Assembly (NCBI GenBank): GCA_965223845.1
Contig: CBDCXR010000004.1
Coordinates: 3,424,001 to 3,488,000, forward strand
DNA from: Planctomycetota bacterium
GTDB taxonomy: Bacteria > Planctomycetota > UBA8108 > SXIK01
Direction of reading: 5' to 3'
Length of the DNA stretch: 64,000 nucleotides
Every line of letters starts with the position of its first letter. The first letter of the stretch is position 1. Under the pieces are notes generated by a model. The model did no database searches and was not told the DNA's origin. It worked only from the letters and a program-made list of their open reading frames with translations. A program made the translations under genes and the position numbers. Positions 1-11,798 of this stretch are shown here, in pieces.

Positions 1-219
1 GGGCGACTGGCGCGGAGTCGCCGCAGGTTGGGGAGAAATCTGGGCTCTTCCCCGGCATGCATCGCCCGAGGCGCCTTCGCCCGGGCGAGCGCGGAGGGCG
101 TCCGGGTCTTCGACGAAGGCGTTTCGTCAGCACCGCCTTCTACGAGCGAGCAGGGACTCGAGGGTCGTTCGCGCCGCTCGAGCCGGCGCGGTGCCGCCGT
201 AGGAGCGAAGGACCAGTGA

Positions 220-1053
220 TCAGCTCCCGTCGCCCTCTCCGATGATTTTGCGGGTGAGAGTTCGGATGAAGTTGTGCTGGGGCGAGCGGAGCAGTCGAAT
301 CCGTCGACCCGAATCCGCTACGGTGACCGACTGCGCCCGAATCGACGAAAGACCGTCGGCGACGACGCGCATCGGTCGCTTGTCGGGGTCGTCGGAACGT
401 ATCTCGATCTTCGCGGCGATCGGGACGACCAGCGGGAACTGTACCGACGTGAACGGCGCCGCTCGGTGCGGGTAGAGCGGGGTGAGGAGAATCGCTTCGA
501 TTCCGGGATGGACGACCGGTCCGCGCGCCGCGAGGTTGTACGCGGTAGACCCAGCGGGACTCGCGAGCACGAAGCCGTCCCCGGCGTAGTTGTTGAACGG
601 CTCGCCGTCGACCGAGACCGTGAGCCGAATGCTCTGGCGGCTCATGCGCTCGACGACGAAATCGTTGAAGGCGAGGAGGCGCGCGCCGGCGGACTCGTCG
701 GTCTCCACACGAGCTTCGAGCACGGCGTGCTCGTCGACTCGGCAGCGACCACCGGCGAGAAGCTCCGGCACGGATTCGAGCGTGTTCCGCGCGTTCATCA
801 AGAACCCGACCGATCCAAAATTGACGCCGAAGATCGGAGTCGGCGGGTACTCGAGCGAGCTCAGCGCCTCCATGAGAAAGCCATCGCCGCCGAGGACGAC
901 GACGGACTCGACATCGTCTGCGAACGATTCGACGGCGGTGTCGACGCGAGACGCGACGGTCGCGAGATCCCGGGCGAGGCGTTCGCCGGCTTCCGCGCAC
1001 GGCCGGTTCGTCGGATCGGCCAAAACCATCACGGCACCGATCGAAGCGCTCAT
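220..1053 (-). CDS. nadK: NAD(+)/NADH kinase
   Basis: Motifs VLGGDGF, GVNFGSVGFL, AFND, GDGFVLASPAGSTAYNLAARGP. ATG at 1053 overlaps the upstream MTase stop (ATGA), so chosen over the ORF-track start 1125. Confidence 0.92.
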   Translation of the reverse strand: MSASIGAVMVLADPTNRPCAEAGERLARDLATVASRVDTAVESFADDVESVVVLGGDGFLMEALSSLEYPPTPIFGVNFGSVGFLMNARNTLESVPELLAGGRCRVDEHAVLEARVETDESAGARLLAFNDFVVERMSRQSIRLTVSVDGEPFNNYAGDGFVLASPAGSTAYNLAARGPVVHPGIEAILLTPLYPHRAAPFTSVQFPLVVPIAAKIEIRSDDPDKRPMRVVADGLSSIRAQSVTVADSGRRIRLLRSPQHNFIRTLTRKIIGEGDGS

Positions 1054-2390
1054 CGGGCGATTCGCGAAGGTTCGCGCCGACGCTCGCTTCGCTGCACTCG
1101 CGATGCGAAGAACAGCCACTCGCACAGCTCGTCGCGGCCGCGGCCGGGGAGGACTCGGTACGCACGCGAGCCCTTGGCAGCGCCGCTACTCACATCGTTC
1201 CGGTCGGAGTCGCTGCGGAAGCGGCGGTACGGGATCTCTCGAAGCTGAGAGTCGAAATCGAATCGCGTCGCGCCGGAGAAGCGCGCGAGGATCGCTCCGA
1301 TCTCTTCCTTCGAGAGGAGTCCCTCTTCGCTGTAGCTGACGAGGACGTGAGACACGCGCGCGGAGTGGACGAGCTCCGACATCGCCGAATACACGTTGTC
1401 GACGGGAGCTCGGCGCGACGGACGAACGCAGAACCGCGACCGCAGCTCCGCGTACGGACGGAGGCCGGTCTTTCCGTAGAGGCGCGACTCGAACTCGGTG
1501 AGGTTCTCGATCTCGTGGTATTCCGCGATGATCTGAAGGACGTGGTAGTTCGCCGCGTACTGCCGCTGGTTGTACGGTGGATCGATGTAGAGCACGTCGC
1601 CGCGGATACGCCGGATGAGACTCTGCGCGTCCTCTTGGTACGCGCGATGCCGGAGCTCGCTCGAGATCACATCCGGTACTTGAAGGCGAATCGGCGACCG
1701 CGCGTTCGCCTGGAATGCCTTCAGATACGCGCCGTACGTACCGGAGATGTTCGCGACACGGTCGACCGCGTCGAGGAGCGACCGAAGGAGGAGATAGAAC
1801 TCTGCGCGATTCAGGCAGCGATCGCGGTAGGCGTTTCGCAGACACTCGAGGATCGCGTCGATGCGGCGGCCGTTGGCGTCGGTGAAGTAGCGCCGTCCCG
1901 CTTCGCCTCCCGGACAAAACGCGCGGAAGATCAATCCCTCGCGCGGCTCGAGACACTGGTTCAGATAGTGGATCACCTCAGCGAGGTGAAGCGCCGCCTC
2001 CGATCGCCGCGGGCTCGAGCCGGGTTCGGCGGCGCGGGAGGGATCCTCTTCGTTCGCGCCGCCGGCGTCGCCGAACGGCAAGGTCGCCTGGTACTCCCGC
2101 GCAGCGGCGAAACTCTCGCGGAACTCAGCGGATGCGAGGACGCCGGCGATCGCGGCGCGGAATCGGCGGAACGACGGATACCGATTCACCTCGATGCGCG
2201 CGACGGCCTGCGCGTAGCAGTTGGCGAGTTGATCGTTCGCGATGACGCGCATCCCGCGCTCCTTGCAGCGCGCGCCCACGCTCGAGGTTCCGGCGAAGAT
2301 GTCGATGAGAGTTCCCGAGAGCACACCCTCGTCTCGGAGAAACGCCTCGATCTCGTCGAGGAGCCTCGTCTTGTTCCCGATCAGTCGCAC
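1050..2390 (-). CDS. DNA adenine methyltransferase (D12 class, M.NlaIII/M.HpyI/FokI-like), apparently orphan
   Basis: N-terminal MRLIGNK, SAM motif DIFAGTSSVG, catalytic YIDPPYNQRQYAANYH, plus VANISGTYGAYLK, GKTGL and SYSEEG blocks. Confidence 0.9.
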   Translation of the reverse strand: MRLIGNKTRLLDEIEAFLRDEGVLSGTLIDIFAGTSSVGARCKERGMRVIANDQLANCYAQAVARIEVNRYPSFRRFRAAIAGVLASAEFRESFAAAREYQATLPFGDAGGANEEDPSRAAEPGSSPRRSEAALHLAEVIHYLNQCLEPREGLIFRAFCPGGEAGRRYFTDANGRRIDAILECLRNAYRDRCLNRAEFYLLLRSLLDAVDRVANISGTYGAYLKAFQANARSPIRLQVPDVISSELRHRAYQEDAQSLIRRIRGDVLYIDPPYNQRQYAANYHVLQIIAEYHEIENLTEFESRLYGKTGLRPYAELRSRFCVRPSRRAPVDNVYSAMSELVHSARVSHVLVSYSEEGLLSKEEIGAILARFSGATRFDFDSQLREIPYRRFRSDSDRNDVSSGAAKGSRAYRVLPGRGRDELCEWLFFASRVQRSERRREPSRIAR

Positions 2391-2461
2391 CGTACCAGCT
2401 CCCGCGTCTCGCGTGCCGCGCTTCCGCCCGGCCGGTCAGGGTAGCAAAACGGCGCGACCAA

Positions 2462-2905
2462 TCATACGAGGCCGGCGAGAATCGCGCCGTGGTAGCACGT
2501 GAGCAAAATGTATCCCACCGCGATGGCGTGAAGAGCCGCCAGGGCCACGCGAAAGTTCTGGTGGACGGCGAGGAACACCGTCCCGAGCACCGTGAGGAGG
2601 CCCTTCGTGAAGAGAAAGGCCGCGGTGCCGTTCAGCAGCGCGAGGTTCATGAGCGGATTCGCTTCGCCGTGCCCCCCGGCCACGTGAAGGAGGGTCAGCG
2701 CGGCGTCCGTCGTCGAGAGACCAAGGATGAGGATCGTGAGGAGAAGGATGCGAACGGAGAGCCGATCGACGTAGGCGCCCTCGCCCTCGCCGCTTCTTCG
2801 GTGACGACATCTCCGGCCGCGTGGATTGAGGACGGCGAGCATAGAGGTCGGCTCCGCGCGGCGGTCCGGCACCTCGCGGCGTTCGACGAAGGGAGCGGTG
2901 GTCAT
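2462..2905 (-). CDS. DUF5658-like small membrane protein
   Basis: ERR/DRR-rich N-terminus, then hydrophobic helices with D-xx-LT and EANPLM motif. Confidence 0.7.
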   Translation of the reverse strand: MTTAPFVERREVPDRRAEPTSMLAVLNPRGRRCRHRRSGEGEGAYVDRLSVRILLLTILILGLSTTDAALTLLHVAGGHGEANPLMNLALLNGTAAFLFTKGLLTVLGTVFLAVHQNFRVALAALHAIAVGYILLTCYHGAILAGLV

Positions 2906-3048
2906 ACCCGAGGGGAATCAAACCACACGCCACAGCGCGAACTCGTCTCACAACTTAGGGGTTTCGAACGTCTTAGGACGCAAGCCGGAGGCGTGGTGGC
3001 CGAGTGGAAAGTCGTCCACGTCCTGGACAATTCGAGCGGGAGTCCCCG

Positions 3049-3996
3049 CTAGTCTCCGACAGCCACCGCGAAGGCGGAGATGTCGCCGAGATCGGGCCAG
3101 AGCTCGGACGGAACAACCTCGAGGTCGCGCGCGAACTCGGGCCAGACGCGTCGCTCGAGGCTCGCACGCAGTGGCTCAAGGAGAATGTCGCCCGCGGCCG
3201 CGGCGATCGTGCCGAGAACGATGCGGTCGACGTTCAAGATGAACGCGAGCTGAGCGAGACCTCTCGCTAGGAAATCGGCGGTCTCGGCGAGGAAGTCGAT
3301 GCTGAAGGCGTCGCCCCCTTTCGCCGCGCGGACGAGCTCGCGCGCGTTCCGGGGCGGGGACGGATTCTCGTCGAACGCCGCTTCGAGTCGCTGGACGATT
3401 CCCGCGCCGGACGCGTACGCTTCGAGGCAGCCGCGCTGACCGCAACCGCAGGGTAGCCCGTCTGGCACGATCTCGACGTGACCGACCTCGCCGGCGAGAT
3501 TGCGCGCGCCCCGATAGAGTCGACCGCCCAAGACGAGTCCAGCCCCGATCCCCGTCGAGAACGTGAGGAACGCGAGGTGATCGCTGCCGCGTCCCGCACC
3601 GTAGCGCCACTCGGCGAGCGCGCAGGCGTTGGCGTCGTTCTCGACGTGGACCGGCACGCCGAATGCGCCGGCAAACTCCGACGCGATGGGGACGTCCTCC
3701 CAACCCGGCGAGTTCGGAACCGAGAGCAGCGTCCCGGTCTCGACGTCGACCGGTCCGCCCGCGCTCACCCCGATCGCGGCGAGCTCCGCGCCGCCTCCGT
3801 CCGCTCGAGAATCGCGAAGGAGCGTGCGAGCGCACTCGAACATGCGCGGGAGCGCGGTCTCGGGCATCAGCCCAGCCGAAGTCCACGGAGCCGCCTGCGC
3901 GACGCGGACCGGACGGCCGCCGTCAGCACGCGACCAGAGACTCACGGCCGTCTTCGTGCTGCCGTGATCGATTCCGAGGTAAACGGTTTCTGTCAT
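3049..3996 (-). CDS. ROK family sugar kinase (glucokinase-like)
   Basis: GIDHGSTKT, VENDANACALAE, STGIGAG, AGEVGH, CGCGQRGCLE zinc motif. Start MTETVYLGID at 3996. Confidence 0.92.
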   Translation of the reverse strand: MTETVYLGIDHGSTKTAVSLWSRADGGRPVRVAQAAPWTSAGLMPETALPRMFECARTLLRDSRADGGGAELAAIGVSAGGPVDVETGTLLSVPNSPGWEDVPIASEFAGAFGVPVHVENDANACALAEWRYGAGRGSDHLAFLTFSTGIGAGLVLGGRLYRGARNLAGEVGHVEIVPDGLPCGCGQRGCLEAYASGAGIVQRLEAAFDENPSPPRNARELVRAAKGGDAFSIDFLAETADFLARGLAQLAFILNVDRIVLGTIAAAAGDILLEPLRASLERRVWPEFARDLEVVPSELWPDLGDISAFAVAVGD

Positions 3997-4282
3997 CGCA
4001 GGCGTCGGTCCGTGCCGGCCTCTTCGTCCCGAGTTCCCCGTACGCAGCCGCCCGCAAGATGGTCTCGGAGATGACATCGCGGCGGCAAACCAGAGATAGA
4101 GATACGCGATCCATCACGACGTGTCCAATCGTCGCGCGAGCTCCACCGCGTGAATCCTCGTCGGGCGAACTTCTCGCTGGAGCGAGGATCGAGCGACCAG
4201 TACGCTCAACACTTTGCCGGACGCAAGCTCCGGCCATCGCAACGCGAGAGAGATTCTTCGTCGCCGAGGCCCGCGCCGATTC

Positions 4283-6037
4283 ATGACTCGATCGATGGTC
4301 CGCCGCGCTCTGCTCGTCGCCGCCCTAATCGCCCCGGCGTCGAGTTTCGCGATTCTCGCTTCACGCCCGGCGAACGCCTCGTCGACCACCGACGTGATGG
4401 TCGAGGCACGCGACGGCGCCGAGCTCGCGACGACCGTCTACGTCCCGGACGGCGAGGGCCCGTGGCCGTGCGTCGTGTCACGAACGCCGTACGGGAAGAA
4501 GGGGCTCCGCGGAGTCGGCGAGAGCTTCGTGCGGCGCGGGTTCGCGTTCGTCGCGCAGGACTGCCGCGGCCGACACGATTCCCCGGGACGTTGGCTGCCG
4601 TTCAAGACCGATCCCGAGGACGGGTACGACACGGTCGAGTGGGCCGCGAAGCAACCGTGGTCGAACGGCAGGATCGGCCTCTACGGCGGCTCCGCTCTCG
4701 GCATGACGGCCCAGCTCGCGGCAACTCAGGCGCCGCCGAGCCTCGTCTGCGCCTACGTCGTCGTCGCCCCGGCGAGCGCACGTCGCCACACCGTGTACGC
4801 GGGCGGAGTCTACCGCAAGGAGCTCAACGACGGCTGGCTCGCTTCTCAGGGAGCACTGTACGCGATCCGCGACAACGTCGCCCATCCGCCGGGAGACTCC
4901 TACTGGAACTGGCGCGAGATTCCGGACTTCCACGCGCGGATGAACATCCCGGTTTGCCAAGTCGGAGGTTGGTTCGACATTTTCTCCGAAGGGGCGATCG
5001 AGAATTTCTCCGGCCTCCAGCGACTCGGTGCGGGGCGGGCGGCCGGAAATCAACGTCTCGTGATGGGCCCGTGGGCGCACGGCCCGTTGAACGGCCGGCT
5101 CAAGTTTCCGAACGACGACCGCGTCGGCGATTTCCTTGCCGGCAAAGAGGTCTACCGCTGGTTTAGCCACTGGTTGAAGGGCGAGGACACCGGCCTCGCC
5201 GCCGAGGATTCCGTCGAGTACTACATGCTCGGCGACCCCGATCGACCCGCTCCGGGAAGCTGCGAGTGGCGTACTTCTCCGTCCTGGCCGCCGCCGTCTC
5301 GGCCGACGTCGTTCTTCCTCTGGCCGAAGGGACGCCTCGCGAGAGACGTCCCGCCGGAGGACGGCGGGAGCATCGTCTATCGCTACGATCCGAACCATCC
5401 GGTACCGACAGCGGGCGGAGGAAACTTGATCCTCGGCCGGAAGGGACCGGTCGATCAACGCGAGATCAAGGATCGCGAGGACTACTTCCGCTTTCATTCG
5501 GAACCGCTTGCGACCCCGATCGAGATTGCTGGCGCGGTGTACGTCGACCTCTTCGTCGAATCGGACGCGCCGGATACCGACTTCGTCGCGAAGCTCGTCG
5601 ACGTCTATCCGGACGGATACGAGGCATTGATTCTCGACGGCATCATCCGTGCGAGGTACCGGGCCGGCCTCGAGACGGAAACGCCGCTCCGCCCGGGTGA
5701 AGTCACCGCGGTCCGTATCCACCTCTGGTCGACGGCGATCTCGTTCGCGGCGGGCCATCGCATCGGCGTGCACATCTCGAGCAGCAACGATCCGCGCTTT
5801 GATCCGAACCCGAACACCGGCGCGCCGCTCCGCCGAGGCGACCAAAAGCGCGTCGCGACGAATCGAGTGCATCATTCGGCGGCTCGGCCGTCACGCATCC
5901 TCCTTCCGGTGCTCGCGTCTACGGCTTCCCGCGAGAAGAAGCCACCGCCCAGCGACGCCGGCGAGACCGCGGCGGCGAGCACAGCTGAGGACGGCGACGC
6001 AGAATCTCCTTCGCCGACGGCCGCGGACTCCGAGTGA
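4283..6037 (+). CDS. Secreted CocE/NonD (peptidase S15) family hydrolase
   Basis: Signal peptide, RTPYGK, QDCRGR, WSNGRIGLYGGSALG nucleophile elbow, GGWFD, GPWAH, C-terminal PepX_C-like jelly-roll (DTDFVAKLVDVYPDG). Confidence 0.9.
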   Translation: MTRSMVRRALLVAALIAPASSFAILASRPANASSTTDVMVEARDGAELATTVYVPDGEGPWPCVVSRTPYGKKGLRGVGESFVRRGFAFVAQDCRGRHDSPGRWLPFKTDPEDGYDTVEWAAKQPWSNGRIGLYGGSALGMTAQLAATQAPPSLVCAYVVVAPASARRHTVYAGGVYRKELNDGWLASQGALYAIRDNVAHPPGDSYWNWREIPDFHARMNIPVCQVGGWFDIFSEGAIENFSGLQRLGAGRAAGNQRLVMGPWAHGPLNGRLKFPNDDRVGDFLAGKEVYRWFSHWLKGEDTGLAAEDSVEYYMLGDPDRPAPGSCEWRTSPSWPPPSRPTSFFLWPKGRLARDVPPEDGGSIVYRYDPNHPVPTAGGGNLILGRKGPVDQREIKDREDYFRFHSEPLATPIEIAGAVYVDLFVESDAPDTDFVAKLVDVYPDGYEALILDGIIRARYRAGLETETPLRPGEVTAVRIHLWSTAISFAAGHRIGVHISSSNDPRFDPNPNTGAPLRRGDQKRVATNRVHHSAARPSRILLPVLASTASREKKPPPSDAGETAAASTAEDGDAESPSPTAADSE

Positions 6038-6109
6038 CTCGAGTCGACCGCAGGCGACGAGAGCCGATCCAACCACCGCGCCCGCTCGGCGCTCACGACG
6101 GAACCCCTC

Positions 6110-7042
6110 ATGACCACCACGCTCGTTACCGGCGGCGCCGGATTCCTCGGCAGCCACCTCTGTGAACGCCTGCTCGATCGCGACGAAGACGTTCTCTGCG
6201 CCGACAACTTCTTCACCGGACGCCGGCGAAACGTCGCGCATCTCAGCGGACACCCGCGCTTCGAGCTCCTTCGTCACGACATCGTTCAGCCGCTCGTGGT
6301 CGAAGTCGACCGCATCTACAACCTCGCCTGCCCGGCCTCGCCCATCCATTACCAGTTCAATCCGATCAAGACGATCAAGTGCTCGACGGTCGGGATGGTG
6401 AACATGCTCGGCCTCGCGCAGCGCACGCGCGCGCGGATCCTGCAGGCATCCACCTCGGAGATCTACGGCGACCCGGAGATTCATCCGCAGGAGGAGTCAT
6501 ACTGGGGAAACGTCAACCCGATCGGCCCGAGAAGCTGTTACGACGAAGGGAAGCGCGTCGCCGAGACGCTCTGCATGGACTACCACCGGAGCAACGGCGT
6601 CGACGTGAGGATCATCCGAATCTTCAACACGTACGGACCTCGCATGGATCCCGAGGACGGTCGCGTCGTGTCGAACTTCATCGTCCAGGCGCTGCGCGGA
6701 GATGACATCACCGTCTACGGCGGAGGCGCACAGACGCGGTCGTTCTGCTACGTCGATGATCTCGTCGAGGGCATGATCCGCCTCATGGATCAGAACGACC
6801 ACATCGGTCCGGTGAACGTCGGGAATCCACACGAGATCACGATCCGCGAGCTCGCCGAGACGATCATCGAGCTGACGGGTTCTTCGTCGCAGATCGTCGA
6901 CGAGCCGCTTCCGAGCGACGATCCCCGCCAGCGAAAACCGGACATCAAGCTCGCCCGCTCGCTCCTCGAGTGGGAGCCGACGACGTCGCTCCGAGACGGT
7001 CTCGAGAAGACGATCGCCTTCTTCAAGGATCTGCTCGGCTAG
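6110..7042 (+). CDS. UDP-glucuronic acid decarboxylase (UDP-xylose synthase) family SDR
   Basis: [61 protein letters not shown]. Confidence 0.95.
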   Translation: MTTTLVTGGAGFLGSHLCERLLDRDEDVLCADNFFTGRRRNVAHLSGHPRFELLRHDIVQPLVVEVDRIYNLACPASPIHYQFNPIKTIKCSTVGMVNMLGLAQRTRARILQASTSEIYGDPEIHPQEESYWGNVNPIGPRSCYDEGKRVAETLCMDYHRSNGVDVRIIRIFNTYGPRMDPEDGRVVSNFIVQALRGDDITVYGGGAQTRSFCYVDDLVEGMIRLMDQNDHIGPVNVGNPHEITIRELAETIIELTGSSSQIVDEPLPSDDPRQRKPDIKLARSLLEWEPTTSLRDGLEKTIAFFKDLLG

Positions 7043-7481
7043 CCGGCAGCCCTCGGTTCGTCGTCTCCCGATTCGATCTGCGCCCGCCCCGCGCGAGAGA
7101 TCGCGACTCGGTCGGAGTCGTCGGTCCGCTTCGCTTCTCCTCAGCGTGGCAACACGTCGGCGGCGAACCGCCGAGTCTCCCCGCGCGTGGGCTTCCTTCG
7201 GACGGTTGTTCGCCCGAGTTCAGAAGTCGCTAAGAAAGCTGACGTCGCCGGAGCTTGCCCGTCGGAAGTAGGGACAGGCATGAAGTGGTTCCGCCGTACC
7301 CGCGCACGCCGATCGAGCCTCGGGCGTCTCGAGCCGCTCCGTGCCGATTCCGTATTCAACCGCCGGCCAAAAGCGCACGCTCGCGCCGGTGTCCTTCGAG
7401 CGAATCCGTCCGCGCGCATCAGCGCGGGGATCGCGCGGCGTCGAGAGCGGAAAGCCGATCGCTCAGGTCAAAGGAGGCAAC

Positions 7482-8228
7482 ATGCGACGCACCCTCTACG
7501 CAATCTCAGGTCTCTCTTGCGCAGCCGTCCTCGCGTTCCAGTGGTCGCTCGGAATTCCGGCGAGCGCCCAAAACGCGGATTCGGAGCCGTCCGGAAACGG
7601 GGACACCAACGGGAACGGCGCGATCGAGATCGGCGACGCCATCTATCTGCTCAATTGGCTCTTCAGCGACGGACCGGCTCCCGTGCCGATCGTGTGCGAT
7701 GGATCCGGAGAGGCTCCTGCGGCGGAACAGGCCGTGCGCTTGCGGCAACAAGCGGCCTCGGAGCTCAAGCTCGACGCCGTGCGAGCTGGGCAGACGTTCG
7801 ACGAGAAGAACGTCGACATCGTGTTGTTGCCCGGTGGTGGATACGTCGCGCACGCCCTCGTGCGTCCGCTCTCCGACATTCAACCTAAGGAGCTCGCTCA
7901 AGGGCTCCGCGTCGGGATCATTCGTGTCGAGCGACCGACGGCGGCCCGGGGGCTGCCTTCGGGGTTTTACGTCCACTGGATGAAGTTCGATCTCGCCGGA
8001 TTCGAGCGGGGAGATCGAGAGGCGTTCGTAAACGAGATGATCGACGCGTCGGGCAAGCGGCTCACGGTTCCGGATCACGCGGTACGGATCCCCGGCGATC
8101 ACCCGGCCAGCACCGGGGGGGCGCGTCAGACGCTCACGGCAGATCGCACTCGCGCCGCCGCAAAGAAGTACGTGTCGTGTCCCGATATCGACGAGCTCGC
8201 CTTGTGGTGCTTCGAAGTCACGATTTAG
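7482..8228 (+). CDS. Secreted protein with a single dockerin/EF-hand-like module and unknown C-terminal domain
   Basis: RBS AAAGGAGG before ATG 7482; signal peptide ending ASA-Q; GDTNGNGAIEIGDAIYLLNWLFSDGPAP. Confidence 0.75.
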   Translation: MRRTLYAISGLSCAAVLAFQWSLGIPASAQNADSEPSGNGDTNGNGAIEIGDAIYLLNWLFSDGPAPVPIVCDGSGEAPAAEQAVRLRQQAASELKLDAVRAGQTFDEKNVDIVLLPGGGYVAHALVRPLSDIQPKELAQGLRVGIIRVERPTAARGLPSGFYVHWMKFDLAGFERGDREAFVNEMIDASGKRLTVPDHAVRIPGDHPASTGGARQTLTADRTRAAAKKYVSCPDIDELALWCFEVTI

Positions 8229-8442
8229 CTTCGACGGGAGCCAAGGGGGGCCGACAAAGCCTGCGCGCGTCGACGATCGCGCCGCTTGGCGTTCGCGAGA
8301 GCGCGCGCGTCCGCATCGAAAACGGGCCGCGAAGCCCGCGCACCCTGAACGCGCGATCGTCGAGGTGAGTCGTCGATCGCACGGAGAGCGCTCGAGCTCC
8401 GCGACCCGAGCTTGAAACTTCGCGGAGGCGTGAGCCGAAGGC

Positions 8443-8806
8443 GAGGGGGTTTGCGAAAGCCCCCTCAAAAGATCCGCATGTGCCCCGCACTCCCGCCAGC
8501 GAGCCAAAGGCGAGCCTCGTTGGGGTGAGACGCGGCGGCAAAGCCGCAGCGGCGAGGGGGCTTCGCGAAAGCCCCCTCAAAAGTTCCGCATGCGCCCGCA
8601 CTCCTGCCCAGCGAGCCAAAGGCGAGCCTCGTTGGGGTGAGACGCGCGGCAAAGCCGCAGCGGCGAGGGGGCTTCGCGAAAGCCCCCTCAAAAGTTCCGC
8701 ATGCGCCCGCACTCCTGCCCAGCGAGCCAAAGGCGAGCCTCGTTGGGGTGAGACGCGGCGGCAAAGCCGCAGCGGCGAGGGGGCTTCGCGAAAGCCCCCT
8801 CAAAAG
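8443..8806. repeat. Tandem array of 111-112 bp hairpin-rich units (3 units plus a 4th terminal hairpin), REP/BIME-like
   Basis: Hairpin GAGGGGGCTT-CGCGA-AAGCCCCCTC starts at 8443 (variant), 8554, 8665 and 8777. The intervening sequence is near-identical between units and contains GCGGC-AAA-GCCGC and GAGCCAAAGGCGAG elements. Confidence 0.93.
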
Positions 8807-8847
8807 AACGCCTGATCTTTGAGCAAGCGCAAGCGCTTGCTCAAAGA

Positions 8848-10865
<2,018 letters not shown>

Positions 10866-11068
10866 GCCGTAAGCTCCTTACTACTCTCATCTCCCCGCGG
10901 GCGGATGCGCCGCGGCGAAGGACTGGACCTAAATCACTCGCGTCGAGCGCTTTCTCAGTCGCTCTCGGCGAATTCGAACTCTTGCGGTATGTCCCGCTTT
11001 CCGTTGTCACCCGGCACTCACCGGAACTCCCAGGTGTCCCGCTCCGGTGCTCGTTTCACCGAGGCGAC

Positions 11069-11476
11069 CTAAACAAACCCTTTCTCTCTCCGCTCTCGCC
11101 AAAACTCCTCGAGCACGCTTCGCATGAGCTGGATGTCGATCGGCTTCGGCACCAAAGCGCGACCGCCGACCGTCGAGATATCGAAGCGAATCTTCGCCGA
11201 TGCCTCCCCGCTGACGAACACCGCCTCGAGTCCCGGCAGCTCCGCGGTGAGCTTTCCGTAGACGTCGATCCCGGTCAAATCCGGCATGTGGTAGTCGAGG
11301 ATCGATAGATCGAGTCGAAGGTTCTCGCGTTTCAGCTCCCTGACGAGGTCGATCGCCGCACTGCCCGCCGTCGCGGTGTACGTTCGGTGTCCGTCGTCCC
11401 CGAGAAAATGCGCCATCGACTCGAGGCTGCGCTCGTCATCGTCGACGAGTAGGATGTTCAGCTCGAAGGGTCGCAT
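11069..11476 (-). CDS. Single-domain response regulator (receiver only)
   Basis: ILLVDDD, phospho-acceptor in SILDYHMPDLTG, FVSG, LVPKP; no output domain. Start MRPFELNILL at 11476. Confidence 0.88.
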   Translation of the reverse strand: MRPFELNILLVDDDERSLESMAHFLGDDGHRTYTATAGSAAIDLVRELKRENLRLDLSILDYHMPDLTGIDVYGKLTAELPGLEAVFVSGEASAKIRFDISTVGGRALVPKPIDIQLMRSVLEEFWRERREKGFV

Positions 11477-11603
11477 CGAGATCCGAGAGAAAACCGAGCC
11501 CGAAGACACGCGTGCTGAGACGAGCCCACTCAACGTGGAGCACCGTCTCGCGCGATGACCACCGGCACGACCCGTAGAACGGGATCGCGCGCGATCGCCG
11601 TCG

Positions 11604-11620
11604 AGCAAAGCGCGTGCCAG
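11604..11620 (-). promoter_or_regulatory. Sigma-54 (RpoN) -24/-12 promoter
   Basis: Minus strand reads CTGGCACGCGCTTTGCT, an exact match to TGGCAC-N5-TTGC, about 128 bp upstream of the receiver gene start. Confidence 0.85.
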
Positions 11621-11694
11621 GAAGCACCCCGACGTAAGTCCCTCGAGCAAAGAGGATTACGATCGTCTCGCGGCAGCGGACTCACTGGCGCCAC

Positions 11695-11750
11695 TGTCAA
11701 AGTGACACCCGACGGCGGAGCGGCGACCCCAGGCTGTCAGTTTGACAGCC
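11695..11750. promoter_or_regulatory. Paired palindromic enhancer (UAS) candidates for a sigma-54 activator
   Basis: TGTCA-AAG-TGACA at 11695-11707 and GGCTGTCA-GTT-TGACAGCC at 11732-11750. Cores are 40 bp apart and lie 75-130 bp upstream of the -24 box. Confidence 0.72.
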
Positions 11751-11798
11751 CCTCGCCGACTCGCGCACTGCGAGGGGAAGGCCGCGCGGCGCTCTTCC

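Noticed and set aside
2975-3030. Second sigma-54 promoter with GTCCA-N5-TGGAC palindrome upstream of the DUF5658-like gene
   Set aside because: TTGC is present on the minus strand but the -24 GG is missing at the required spacing.
8443-8806. CRISPR array
   Set aside because: Sequences between the hairpins are near-identical rather than unique spacers, the period is 111-112 bp, and no cas genes are present.
8218-8822. ORFs 8218-8730, 8465-8803, 8480-8815 and 8637-8822 as repeat proteins
   Set aside because: They are translations of the DNA repeat; a 1-bp indel between units shifts the frame.
10866-11068. CIRCE (HrcA) operator upstream of groES
   Set aside because: Only a half-site-like GGCACTC near 11013; no inverted partner at 9-bp spacing.
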